From Nageia nagi (Eukaryota > Plantae > Pinophyta), in the NCBI GenBank assembly GCA_050084985.1, contig JBITNC010000001.1:170004001-170068000 (forward strand): a stretch of 64,000 nt of DNA, in the 5' to 3' direction. A program made the position numbers and the translations under genes. Shown here one piece after another: positions 50,845-63,800 of the stretch. Below the pieces are notes generated by a model, which was not told the origin of the DNA, did not search any database, and saw only the letters and a program-made list of their open reading frames with translations. Position 1 is the stretch's first letter; every line of letters starts with the position of its first letter.

Positions 50845-53800
50845 TGTAATGAGTCGAACTAGGGCTCATCTAGAGTTGTACAATTAATTACCACAAAAAC
50901 TCCAAAATAGATGCAACAAATTACCCCAAGCACAAATTAAAAGTATCCCTATAAGGGGGACATCACACCTCAAGCCTCAGATCTGGGGCAAAATTCTAGT
51001 GCCAACATCTCACCTAGGAATGCAAATACTCAAGAACCAAGCAAATATTCAAGATCTCATGCAAGTATGCCAACATCACACTCCCAAAGACACAACAGCA
51101 TCAAATGTCCTCAAAGTCTAGCAATGGAGGCAAGATCTCAAGCAATAACAAGTAAAGGATTCAATATATCCAATGTAGCAACTAGGAAAACCAAATCACA
51201 TGTAAATAACCCAATTATGCACTCCAGATGCAACGTTGTTAGGATCCCACATCCTAATACTTACTTAAGGATTAGTTAGGCAGTAGTTAGGATTAGTTAC
51301 TTATTAAGTGAATAGTCATGTCTTTTAATGAATAGTCAATTATGATGACTATAAATATATGTAAGATGGGATAGATAAAGCATCAAGGAAAATATATTAT
51401 CTTCTAAGTTATAATGAAGAAGCCCACTCGAAGTGGCTTGCAATTCATATTGCGATCAATAAAGTATATCTATTCTATTGTCTTGTAAATCAGAAGTTGC
51501 ATCGCTCTATTTTGTTCCTTGCGAATTGATGAATATTTCTTATTTTTTTGTTATTTCAGTTAAAATCTTGTTTATATTTTTGAGGTTCCTAACAAGTGGT
51601 ATTAGAGCTTTGATTTTGGCTACCTGTGGGCAGATTGAAATTGGGCTTTAAAATTTAAAAATAAAAATAAATAAATAAATAAAATAGCAAGTTTGAGATG
51701 GCTGAAAGAAGATCTTAAGATTTCGAAAACTTGCAAAAAGCAGTGCAAGATATATAGAACCAAATGACAATTAATTTCAAAAAGATGAAAACAAGTATGA
51801 ACACCCACATGACAACTCTAGATGCCAAAGTAACAAATCCGAATACCAAATATAATAGTGTGGCGGCTAGTATCAATCATGTTAGCGCAACACTACACAA
51901 TTCGGGCTCAACTCTAGGTTCTAGCTCCCAGCAGTCAATAGGACAATCACCACCTCACCAAAGTTAGCAACAATTTCATCTGGGATTCCAACAAGTTTCC
52001 ATTCTTCCAAGAACTACTAAGCTAGATTTTCCAAGATTTGATGGGGATGATCCAAATGGGTGGATTTACAAGGCCGAACAGTACTTTTCCTTGAATCAAA
52101 TTGTTGACGCTCAAAAGGTGAACATTGCATCATTCCATCTTGAACATGAAGCCATCCAGTGGTACCAGTGGTTTAACAAGACAACTGGCACCCCAACTTG
52201 GGGAGAATTCACAACATAGTTGTTGGTTCAATTTGGTCCAAGTGATTTTGAAGACTTCAAAGGAGCTCCAACAAAATTGAAACAAACAACCTCAGTAAAA
52301 CAATACCAAAATCAATTTGAGAAATTGGCAAATCGCACGTTTGGGCTAAATGACCCTTTTTACAAAAATTGTTTTGTTAGTGGATTGAAGGATGAAAATT
52401 CGAGTGGAGGTCAAGATGTTCAATCCCCAAACCATGATGGATGCTATCACATTAGCAAAATTAGCAAAAGATAAATTCAATGCTCAACGACATCAAGGAA
52501 GGCAACCTTTTGAGAGGCCACATAACACCTCAAATACCCCAATTGCCCAAAATACCCCAAAACAAAATCGACCACTACAAGTCAAGAGATTGAATCTAGA
52601 AGAAATGAAGGAGCGAAGGGAAAAGGGACTCTGCTATAATTGCAATGAGAAGTATGGCCCAAACCATGTTGTACCACACAAAAATTGATTTGTTAAATGC
52701 AGATGCTTTTTGTGATGACAACAATGAGGAAACCCCTAAAATCTCCTTCAATGCTCTCGCAAGAATTTCTTCTCCACAAACCATGAAGGTGGAGGGTCAC
52801 TTCAAAAAACAAACTCTCATTGTGTTACTCGACCCAGGAAGTACACACAAGTTCATTGATCCTCGAGTAGCAAGAGACGTCAATTGCTACATACATCTGA
52901 CTAATAACTTTGAAGTCATGATCGGTAATGGGGGGGAAATAGCATGCGGGCACATGTTGCAATATCAAACTCAACATGGGCAATTACATATTAAAAAGTG
53001 ACATGTATGCCTTACCCTTAGGCAAATGTGACATTGTCTTAAGGGCATAGTGGTTGAAAACATTGGGACCAACATTATGGGATTTTGCGGAATTATGGAT
53101 GCAATTCACAGTCAGAGGATAGGAATATACACTCAAGAGATTACAGGCAACACCATCACAAGTAGTAGGCTCTCATCACATTGAAAAGATCATTCACTGA
53201 AGTGGAAAAGGAATGATGGCACAATTATTCTCTATCCAATCAACTGAACAAGAACCGGATGATCCAGAAGAATTGCAACAACTATTGGTCCAACATGAAG
53301 GTGTCCTTGAAGAACTAGAGGGACTACCTCCCCATCGCCTCATCATCATGCTATACAGTTGATTCTAGATAATCAGCCACCAAATATCAGACCATATCGC
53401 TACCCCTGTTTGCAAAAAAATGAAATTGAGAAATTGGTCCATGAAATGTTGGAGGCAGGAGTTATCCAACCTAGTGTAAGCTCATATTCTTCCCCAGTAT
53501 TGTTGGTCCACAAAAAGGAATGGCTCATGGCGGATGTGCATAGATTTCAAGGCCCTTAACAAGATCAACGTGAAGGATAAGTTCCCTATTCCAATCATTG
53601 ATGAATTGTTGGATGAATAACATGGACTAAATATTTTTCAAAATTGGATTTGCGATCAGGATATCACCAAATTAAACTCAGAGGAGGATATACTGAAAAC
53701 ATCATGAAGGTCACTATGAGTTCTTGGTTATCCGTTCGGTCTCACTAACACACCATCACTAAAGTTCTTATCCAACGGTGTGGCTTGGCACCTAAGGATG

Positions 53801-55368
53801 CGACGTGGGAGATAGCGCATCAACTTCAACAAGAGTTTCCCAATTTTAAACTTTGAGGACAAAGCTTAATTCCAAGAGGGGTGGCATGTTAGGATCCCAC
53901 ATCCTAACACTTACTCAAAGATTAGTTAGGCAGTAGTCAGGATTAGTTAGGACAACTTATTAAGTGAATAGTCATGTCTTTTAATGAATAGTCACTTATG
54001 ATGATTATAAATATATGTAATATTGGATAGATAAAGCATGAAGGAAAATATATTATCTTCAAAGTTATAAGGAGGAAGCCCCCTCAAAGTGGCCTGCGAT
54101 TCATATTACGATCAATAAATATTTCTATTCTATTATCTTGTTAATCGGGAATTGCATTACTCTATTTTGTTACTTGCGAATTGTTAAATATTTCATATTT
54201 TGTTACTATTTTGGTTAAAATTTTGTTTATATTTTTGCGGTTCCTAACAAACATCCAAGCAATTAGAGACAATCACTATGAAATGACAAGTAAATAACAG
54301 TATAATGGGCCAAATGTAACTGTATTAGAATTATAAAGTGTAGGAACCTCAATTACGATGACTATCCAACGAAGACTGATGGACCAAGGCTCACATCCTC
54401 AACAGTGGCAAGGCTTGCACCAGGGCTTCCTCCGCAATTATGGTGGAGTCTCAAAGACCCACTAGCAGTATTTTACTAATCCAAGGGTAATGCAAACACC
54501 CGCTGAATAGCCAGCTTACAACCCTGAGGTGCGCTAACCCTCAAAGTGTGCGTCCACATAAGTCTTGTTCTGTGCTCTGCAACAGATACCTCACTTCGTC
54601 GAAGTGGTGATCAAGGAAGAGCAACACTCAACTCCAAGAAGAAGAAATCATAATCATAACATAATAATATTGTCTTCCAGGAATCCTCCTTTTATAATGA
54701 GGTAGCTTCATCATTAATCTTGCTTGGGATTGATGTAATCTCATTCAATGGTGTCCAAAGGTGATCCATGTCCAACACCTAAGATGAAGTGCCTTGGGAT
54801 GGGTGTAATCACATCCGAAGGCCTAGAATGCCAACATTTGGTAGTGGGGGCCTTCCATGCGCCTTGGGATCCACGCAATCATTCTAAGAGCCTCCAAGGG
54901 AGACATGGGTGTCTTGGGATGCCCAATTACTTATCTAATGGTCCAATTCTCCTCATGTGCCCCACGTCTAAGTGTGGGAGTCTTCTAGTGCCTTGTAGTA
55001 AGTGTCATTCCATCGAGAGGGCAGATAAACTATAAGTAAGACCCATTAAATGCCAATTTACATTCATCAAGGCTTCTCATATGAAATGTCCCATATTAGG
55101 TGAGTAATATTGCATTTATAGTCGATAATTGCCTTGGTATTTTTATTACATCATTATTGGCATATTAAAATATTAAATCACTCCTAATTGTACTAAAAAG
55201 GCCCAATGTCCCATAATTGGAGTTATAAAATAATCCTCCAAGTGGAACTTACAAATAAAGGCTAAATTACCATTAAAATACGAAAAATAAATAAAATAAA
55301 CCTAAACTAATTGTTCCCACTTTCCAGTGGCGAAGTGGGGGAAAAACCATAAAAAAGGGGATATTACA
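50845..55368. mobile_element. Solo LTR (~1.5 kb net) carrying a nested gypsy element
   Basis: Termini TGTAAT...ATTACA; TSD AAAGT (50840-50844, 55369-55373). Confidence 0.85.
51237..54249 (+). mobile_element. Internally deleted chromovirus (Reina-like) Ty3/gypsy element
   Basis: LTRs 51237-51594 and 53887-54249 (TGTTAGGA...TCCTAACA). PBS TGGTATTAGAGC at 51597; PPT AAGAGGGGTGG; TSD AACGT/AACAT. Gag (KLDFPRFDGDDP, KGLCYNCNEKYGPNH), protease (LLDPGSTHKFID), RT start (PPNIRPYRYP, LDLRSGYHQI), chromodomain end (DATWE...QEFPNF). Confidence 0.93.
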
Positions 55369-57029
55369 AAAGTTGACTTCTGAAGGGAATGGAACAGATA
55401 GAAGGGGATGTTCACCTCCTTCCCCCTCTTGAATATATTCAAGAACGATAGGTCGAAGCTTTGAAGAATAGCGGCTTCATTATCCAAGGTGATATATTGC
55501 TTCACAACCATAACCATGTTCTTCTATTTCACCAATAACAATTATCTATTTATTACGCCCTACAACTTTTGTAAGTTATCATTCTTCCCTTTGAACACCT
55601 GCAACTCAATAGCAAGGGAATGTTTTTCCTAGAGTTTTCTCCCTTAAGAGGGAACCTTGTTACTTGCAAGATAAGCTCAAGATTAATTGTGAAAGAAAGG
55701 CCATCAACTTCCACTTTACCCTTTTTCCACAACAACGCCAGATGGAGAGCTAAATTTTCATCTGCCTTCTAGAACAACTCCAAGAAGTGCATCCATCTTG
55801 CCTTCATAGAATTTCCTTAGTCTTTTCATCCACTTGAAGAGTTGTAGGCTCGATGCAATAAGATACATCTGCCATCTTGGAAGCTCTCAATTGCACCAAT
55901 GAATTTGCATGGAAAAGACACCACCCCCCACACATAAATTTATTGCCTTGTATGTAGGTCACCTACATCACCTCGGTCGAATCCCATGTTATCTAGATCA
56001 TGTGTCTCAGTTGATTCCAATGCAAGTCTCTTTGCCTTGTCATTACTCCCTCATGGCTCATCCCTCTCCCCCAACATATGCAACATCCTATATCCACATC
56101 ATCAAGAGGGTCCCACCTCCACCTAGTTGCCACCATCTATGGTCTATGTGTGGCATTGGATACACCCTCCACCATCCCCACCTAAAATGACACTATTAAA
56201 TGATTTTCTTTATTTATGTAAAATATCAATTTGGATCCACTTTGTGTAAATCAAGATTTACCTAAATGAAATTGACAATTTATCTTCTATGCACAACATT
56301 CTAAGTCGGTCCAACTAGGTGAGCTCAAAATCAAATTCACAAAACCTATATACAACACTCCCAAATGCTCATTTTAGATATGAAAAAGTTCAATAAATAT
56401 AATCATCAAAGATCACCAAAAAAAAGCAAGCAATAATGTAATATCATCTTCTATCATCATGGCTGAATGATCAAAAGCATCAAAAAGGTTGAAAAGCTAG
56501 GAATGCAAGTTAAAATGAGAACCAACACCAAAATGTCCAATGTCAATCCCAAAATGCCTAGCATTCTAGCACCCAAGCCCAAAACGCCTACTGTGCTAGC
56601 ACCAAATGCCCAAATTGTGGACATTTTGGTTTCAACCTTTGCAACCCTCGCAATTGAACCAAGTCATTCTGAAATGTCTATGCATTTGTTTTAGTGTCAT
56701 CCAAAACATAATCACATTCAATATCATATTCAAATTATCATTTCAAAATCATTACTCCAAAATCGTCTTCAAAATCTTCATCTTTCATAGTTATCCAAAT
56801 CTATCATCTGATTGCACTTAGAGTCCACCCTTCAAAATTACAAGTTGTCTGTCAACAAGTTTCCAATCCTCCAAATAAGTCTTCTTTGTATCTCCTCTTG
56901 TGTATATGAATAACCATAAATGCTAAACCCTATATTGCATATTACTATTAATATTTTTTCATTCCATAGGCAAATAAATATGCATGTTTTAATACATTGT
57001 TCATTATTTTTATTTCATAATTATATAAA

Positions 57030-57400
57030 GTATTAGGGACAGGGATGGTAGGGGACATGGGGCAAGTTTCTAAGAAATCACAAAATAATATGATAAATAT
57101 AATTTCTTCTAAACATACATGAACAAATATATAATAAAAATTGAAAACAAAGCAAATTCAGATTTTTATCGCACAATGGTGACCAATACATAACATATGG
57201 GTGTATAGTATTTATATACATGAATCATGGGAACAAATTCAAATTGTTCTCATACATAAAATTTAGTCATTATGGGAGCCATTACCTCTTCTCCATCTCA
57301 CTCTGGCCAATCGTCATTGCCAAATTAGCATCTCTATAAAAGGCTTAATCAAGAATCTCAATTCCATCACAACCTGTAATAATACACTAATCCGTGCCTT
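57030..57400 (-). mobile_element. hAT 3'-end remnant
   Basis: GGGACAGGGATGGTAGGGGACA subterminal motif like those at 26960/39500, plus decayed tail peptide IEILD*AFYRDANLAMTIGQSEMEKR. Confidence 0.45.
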
Positions 57401-57539
57401 ACAGAGACAAGATATATGGGTAGAGCTCTTGTATTTCAAAGCAGGTTATTCAATTTCTTCTAGCTGTTTGGTGTTGTTTTCAGTTCCAAACTGAGGACTT
57501 ACAAAAAAACAGGTGACATATTCAATTCCTCCCCAACAT

Positions 57540-58560
57540 GAGTTTATGGGAACTTAGCTTCTAGAAACTTTCTCCCAACATTATGCCCAAAGAAGGAATC
57601 TTCAACGACTACAACAGGCAGACAAGGGGGCAGTTTGAATATCAAGAGGCTAGACCATTTCCTCCTTGACGATGTGTGGCTTGACAATAGTTTTATAACA
57701 AAAATTAAACAATTTCAATCCTTGGGATCAGATCACTGACCAAACTGGCTGGGCATAGTGAATAAATTGACCCAATGTAGCTGAACCTTCTAATTGAAGA
57801 TATACATATGTACGCCTTCACAAGGGAAGGGAGGAAGAAATGCAAGAATGGTAATCTGAAACAACTCATTTAAGGGTCATCTGGGTTCAAAAACTGAAAT
57901 GGGCTAAAAATTAGAACAAATAATTGTTCAGGATAAGTTTCCAAAGAGAAGGACCAGTTGAAATCTTAAATGTACACTAGTCAGTCCGCACATACTCAAA
58001 TTCAACAGAAAAGTCTATTATAGGAACTCTATAGGGGGGAAATATATATTAAGAGATATCTGACAAGAACACTCAAGAAGGAAATAGTCAAATAGAAGCA
58101 AAAGTTCAGAATTTGTTGACTACAGGAGAGGGACTTGAACACAACTCTTTCATTTCTTCACAAAACAAAACCCCAGCATTGAAAATTTACCAGGAGAGGT
58201 GTCCACAGCACCCAATAATAGCATTCTTAAGAGAATAAGCAATATTCAAAACAAGGCAATCTAAACTTCCACATGCCAACTATTAAAAGAGGAAAGAAAC
58301 ATGACATAAGCCTAAGCTTTTCTTGTTTAATTCATCCTCAACCTTGTCAGCCAGGCAAGAAAACCCCTCTAGCAGATATGAAAGTGAGATCAAAGGGGCA
58401 TGTTTGTCAATGACGAGTGATAATTCCATGTTCTTTGCCCTCATCCCTAAATATGGCCAGTCCTCATGTTTGAATCCTTCCACACTAATACCCTTTGCAA
58501 AACTGTATACAAAATCATCTCTAAAGTTATGGCTAACCATCTAAAATCTCAAAAGTTACA
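57540..58560 (+). mobile_element. Degenerate L1-type LINE fragment (endonuclease end to RT start)
   Basis: IKRLDHFLLDDVWL, LGSDH*P, WLTTGE, NSMFFALIPK, and (frameshifted) LCKTVYKIISKVMANHLK. Confidence 0.75.
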
Positions 58561-60199
58561 GATAACGATCTAAAGGAATCCTCCAAAACTTGAGATTTGA
58601 CAAATGAGGAAGGTTTGCTTAAGGGCATCAAAAGTTAGATACCCTCTTGTTAACTTATATAATCAAGTACAAAAAATAAACATCATGTAAGGGTTACAAA
58701 ACTGGAGATGATGAAGGCCTACAATAAAGTTAACTAAAATACCCTGCATACAGTTTTATGAAGGTATGATTTCACATAAGAATGGTGCAATTCAGTCATT
58801 AGATGTGTCTAACAACCTATATTTTCTGTCCACATCCTTGCAGATTTTTTCCTTAGCCCTACATGGCCCTATACAGGGAGATCTCCAATCCATTTATTTG
58901 TTCTTCATGATGATTAAAGCTCTAGGAAGTATCCGAAGCATCTCAAGGAGAGATAAAACATCAAAGCCATGCACATTAGCTCAAATTTCTGACTGTCCCA
59001 CCACACGTGCATTAATGAAACAATCTTTACTAACGGTCCCACCCCTTGTTCATTGCTGAAACCAATCTGATTGGCAGGCCCAAGGTGAGAAAGGCAAAGG
59101 CATTCAAGACATGGCATATGAAGAAGCTTCATGAGAGCTTGTAAACCTTGTAAAGTGTCAAGTCCTTTTCATGCAGGTGATGGAACAAAGAAAGCCTTGA
59201 TCTCTGATAAGTTGGGCTGTATCAACATATTCTCCACATCAGACACCTTATCCCTCAAATTTAAGGGAGAATAATGACTTTACTATGCCATCCTCTTCTT
59301 ATTTATACTCTTGACTTTTCTACACCTCCCCACATTGATTTTGATGTGATATTTAAAAATGGTCACTGCCATCAACAAAAAAAATAAATGTCTCTCACAA
59401 GACATGTCCCTTCCAAAAGCTTTACTTCTAGGTACAGTTGTGATCTAGGCTTGACCACTATTAATCCAAATCCTAGGTGAGTCAGCGATAGCAAAAGTGG
59501 TTTTGGGTAATGTGTGAATGCACATGAAGATTCATAAAGGAGAAACAAAGTACACAATATTGGAGGTGAAAGTCTGTTTCGTTAACAATGGAGATTTGTG
59601 TATAATGATATTTTGCAACTGGTTAGGAATCCATGCCAAGTCCTAAGAAAAACTATGATGATGTCTATTCCTATGGACTAAAAGGGCACAAATCCTAATC
59701 TAGGACTGAATAGATGCTAACCATGTGATCTCTGCTATCTCTAACACTATTGACTTGCAATGCCATGTATCATACATATAGTACAATGAAAGATCAATTA
59801 CAACCAAAACCATAATTGCCATGAGATGGTTGGCCTTCCAAAAGTTGCAAATGAATGGTTCTGAAGCCTTCCCAATAGTTGGACTAACCTCCTTGGCCAA
59901 TCGTGTTATCAGATGAAAAGCATTGATCAATCTACAATGGCAAATGGTGAACATCCTCAAGGGTGGTAGGCTGACTACTGGATTGGACATCGTTTGGGGT
60001 GAGAACTTGACCAATAATGATAAGGATGGCATTGGATGATGATACGTTAGCATCAAATAACAACAATGTCCTAAAAATGATGATAGAAATGGACATATAA
60101 CAATGATGAAAGACATCAAAAACGGCACCAAAGGATGACCTTACAATGATGGCATTTGTGCTCTAATCAATCACCCCTCCTCAAGAAGCTACAATCTCA

Positions 60200-61900
60200 T
60201 CTACATTTAAGGTCTCCACTGCATAATGGTGGCTTCTTCAATCAAGGAACTGCATATATGGTTGTTCAAGATGTACCGCTTGGCTAAGTGAGGAAATTGT
60301 CCCACGTTGACATCTCAAAATAGTTGGTGATTGCCATGTGGCCTATGCTTGGAGTGACCATAGATGGTCATAGAAATGATATGCTGTATTGAAGTCATGA
60401 GGATGGACAACTATATGAGTATCCAAGAAAAGTGGGGTGTAAAGGTTTAGCAACTCAATGTTGAAGAGTGGATGCATAAAAAGGTAAAGGGGACAGGCAA
60501 AGACAAATGCAATCCCACATGTTGCATGAATGATGGTGTAAATACCATCTCGCAAAAGTTTGTTCTTTTGTTGGGGACCCTAGAATCATTCCTTTGAAGT
60601 CGTACTATGATGCCAACTTGAAATGTGTTTTAAGTATTCAAGAAACAACATGATGATCATTGTATTTCTATTGTTACCAAGAGAAGAGCTATTAATAGTG
60701 CCAGTCGATGAACCGGTTGAGGTATATCTACTCGCAGCAAAGACAAAGGCAAAGGCACTCACCTATTGGTGAAGCGATTGAATATGTTGTACGAAGTTTT
60801 CAATCATCTCTCTTTTCCTTACCTCCAATGTGGTTTAAGGCCTCCAATGTGGTTTTAAGGAGTCCTTAGTAGTCGAAAGGGGAGTTATTGGTTGGAGCCA
60901 AAGACATGTTTGGAAAGGATTGTGCCCAATAGAACTATATGGAATTCTGTTGTAGGCATGTCGGATGTATGGTTTGTTGTCCCAAGATCATGGATCTACA
61001 CAACTGTACATTAGCAAAATATGGAGGAATAGAATGTCATCAATTGATCTATATGAGTGTCCAATAATATTCAAGGAGTCTACCAAAAGAGACTAACAAG
61101 TTTGGGATCATGATATGAGATGATGGACATAGGCAACCTTAAATGGATCTGAACATGATTAAAGAGACGTTTGGTGCCATCAGCAAAGGTAATGGTTTTC
61201 TTGAAGGCAAACATGAAGAACACTTGAAATAGTGATAGATAATAACAAAGATTGAGTCTTGTCAGCAAGACAAAGACAAAATCAATGTTTATGTGCTTCC
61301 AAGGATGCATTGGCACCAAAAGAGGCATGTACGAACCCAACTTGCATTTGGCAAGTTTGGTGATGTTGCAAGTTATGCAAGAACTAGGGTGTGTTTCAAC
61401 GTTACAACATATATTCAACCAAACGATGTGTTATAGGAGCACAACTAGTGTCTTGCTAACTCTAGTACCCACTACTTTGGAGCACTGAGTGAATATGTGC
61501 ATGGTGCTCCTAATGAAACACAAATATGTCCAAGAGAGTAGAATAGCTTGTCAAACTTCTGGAAATTGACATGTAAACTCAAGAGAAAGATTGTTGGAGG
61601 CATGCATGAATTCTAGATAAAATATGAATGACAGTCTCCTTATCTAAAATGCAAAATCGCCATTATCAGATAGCCCACATGATGGCATACACTTCTTTCA
61701 CATAGGTTGAGTAATACTTGCAACATTGTTGATGGTATCTAAGTGGCATGCAATTGGATGTCCACACTGGCCAAGCACAACATCGATAGCATAGTCAAAG
61801 TCAAAGGAATAAATCTCAAAAGGTTGTATAAAATCTGGCATGAACAAAACATACACTAAGCAAATATTATGCTTCAATTCTTAAAATGCACAGCTCAAAG
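60200..61900 (-). mobile_element. Degenerate Ty3/gypsy pol fragment (RNase H, integrase)
   Basis: PDFIQPFEI...YAIDVVLGQ; CITCNITK...GSYMPLLVPMHPWKHINIDFV...LPMSIISYHDPKLVSLFW; MHPLFNIELL. Confidence 0.75.
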
Positions 61901-62578
61901 AGGTAGTGTAGTTGATTTAGTTCAGAGGCCAGATGATGTGGAAGAAGTAGGACAAGAACCGACAATAGAAGCTAATGACTTGGCCAAACTTAGATGGCTT
62001 CAATCTCTTTTTAATTAACATGATCTCTCCAGTTAACAAGGAATCTTAAAGACTCCCATTATTATATACTTCTTCCCAAACCAGGCAATTATGGTTCTTA
62101 TGCCACTTCTCTCAAAGTTGACACAATTTCTTCTTTTACTTTACTAACAAAAAGACAAAATAATCTGAATCCCTCCATATTTACCTTCTGAACACATAAT
62201 TCCAATTAAATGCCTTCGGTAACGAAACTAAATAATACTACTCTTTCACTGTTAAACCTCAACCTAAATTTCAGTTAAAAACATCCAGTAAAGAAACCAG
62301 ATGATACTACTTTTCAAAACCTGACTTTGCTCCATTAAAGAAACCAAACAATACTACTTTTCCAAAATTAAACCTCGAAATCTATTGTTCCACTAAATAC
62401 AGAAACTAAAAGATGCTATTTTTCCAGAATTAAACTCCATAACCTAATTTTCAGTTCAATACCTTCAAGAAAAGTCTGATTAATACTACTTTTCCAAGAC
62501 CTCTAAAACCTAAAATTCTTTCAATTTCAGCACAAAAACCTTCTTTCTTCTCTCTTTAATCCAAAAATATTACTCTAC

Positions 62579-62908
62579 CTGCGAATGAGTCTCGGTCTCC
62601 GGCAGAAGCACGTATCCATTTTCAGAACTATTATGTTTTTCATCTCCATGCTTCTGGCTTCCATCGGACAAAGCTCTAACAGAAAAATCCGCGCCACTAA
62701 AACTGAATTCACCGCAATTAACGTGAACTGCTCGACGATCCTTGACTCTTTCGCCCTTTCGAAGTTCGATCCCGCGCAAAATCTCTCTTTTGAACACACA
62801 ATTATTTTCTTCCGGAAAATTTCTGTGAGCAACTGATCGTTTAATATCCAACGGATTACACAAACTCCCTGTCACAACCTCTGCTGATAAGAGTCTACAG
62901 GCCGCCAT
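62579..62908 (-). CDS. Exon 1 of split-barrel gene (110 codons; transit-peptide-like N-terminus)
   Basis: ATG at 62908 (MAACRLLSA...FSVRALSDG...HSQ). Donor CAG|GTAGAG at 62579/62578 is phase 0, matching exon 2. The link to exon 2 across 16.6 kb is inferred. Confidence 0.75.
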
Positions 62909-63399
62909 TGCTGTTTTTCTTCCGATTCTTCAACGGATTTGAGGGTTTAGATGTGGAAAGATCGCAGAATCTATCTGATTGTAGGAATGTTTTTGTTAAG
63001 TTAGAAGTGAGGAATTCCAGACAAAAGTTAAAGGAGATTTGATATTAAGATTGAAAAATTAATACAAATTATCAAAAATGATAAATATAGGAATTATTTT
63101 TTTCACCATTCATCTTCGGTAGAAAATATAGTACCAATAAGAAAAGGAATTCGAATAATCGAACTTTATCGACTTTGAAAAAAAAGGATATTTATCCTCT
63201 ACCTATCATGGACAGTAGTTATCTTCTACCTATCATGGACAGATTTATAGGGAGTCAATGGGTCTGAAATATTCTCTTTCTGTATTGGTTGTAAAGATAT
63301 AATTATGTTTTATTTTTTAAGTATGATTAATTTAAAATAACATTCATCAATGTTTAATTTTTTTTTTTTTAAATATTTTTCCATGTTATTTAATATGTT

Positions 63400-63800
63400 A
63401 ATTTTTTAATGAAATAGATTTTTTTGAGGTTTGATTAATAAGATCATTATATGATATGATAATATTTTTTCATGAAGTATGGTGATCACAAAGAAGATAT
63501 GAGATAAGTTTTCTCAAAAAAATAGAGAATCTTGAATTTTAATCAACTCAAAGAAAATTATACTTAATGTAGTAAAAGATAAATTATTGGGCCACATTAT
63601 TGCAAAGGGAAGGTACTTTTACTGATCTCAAAAGACTAGAGACTCTAAATAAAATAATTCTTCATACAAGCAAGAAAGTAGTATAATACTTCATTAATAA
63701 AGATATCTTTTTAAAGAGGTTTATTCCCATTTTGTAGGAATAATGTATCCATTGTGTAAGATAATGAGTTTAAATGGTTAGACAGAGTTTAAAATGCTTT
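63400..63800 (+). mobile_element. Decayed gypsy reverse transcriptase fragment upstream of the host gene
   Basis: YDD-like motif near 63455 and KLLGHIIAKGRYFTDLKRLETL...SKK. Confidence 0.5.

Larger units (their letters stand above)
50300..55880 (-). pseudogene. Antisense extra ORF of a gypsy element, split by a solo LTR
   Basis: WKKGKVEVDGLSFTINLELILQVT; KQYITLD...VNIPFYLFHSLQKST|LDLK*EKLIGTRHQELLCTLF reads in frame once 50845-55373 is removed. Confidence 0.65.
24257..62908 (-). other. Host gene (5' part, exons 1-6): FMN-binding split-barrel / pyridoxamine 5'-phosphate oxidase-like (CREG/HugZ-like) protein, probably chloroplast-targeted; 3' exons not found in window
   Basis: Six exons splice in frame via GT-AG junctions to give ...GLFRTPISGGVQSATSAHGLPRPALAVRNLMEQ/ARFAHLCTVMSRMHHRRKGYPFGSLVDFAPDSMG/HPIFSFSPLAIHTRNLLADPRCTLVVQ/IPGWSGLSNARVTIFGDVYPLPDDQQ/EWAHAYYTTKHQQGASQQWGNFLYYRMESI. 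From memory this matches the plant PPOX-like family (Arabidopsis At1g51560/At3g21140 type); no search was run. No stop codon is reached. Confidence 0.9.

Noticed and set aside
57615-57665. RQGGSLNIKRL resembling the host protein family's C-terminal RQGAQFNIQR
   Set aside because: Wrong strand and position; it continues as KRLDHFL...GSDH, a LINE endonuclease motif.
58283-58540. Minus-strand 85-aa ORF as a host exon
   Set aside because: It is the antisense of the L1 RT fragment on the plus strand.
63197-63242. Duplicated CTACCTATCATGGACAG in the host promoter region
   Set aside because: A real short duplication, but nothing in the sequence supports a regulatory function.
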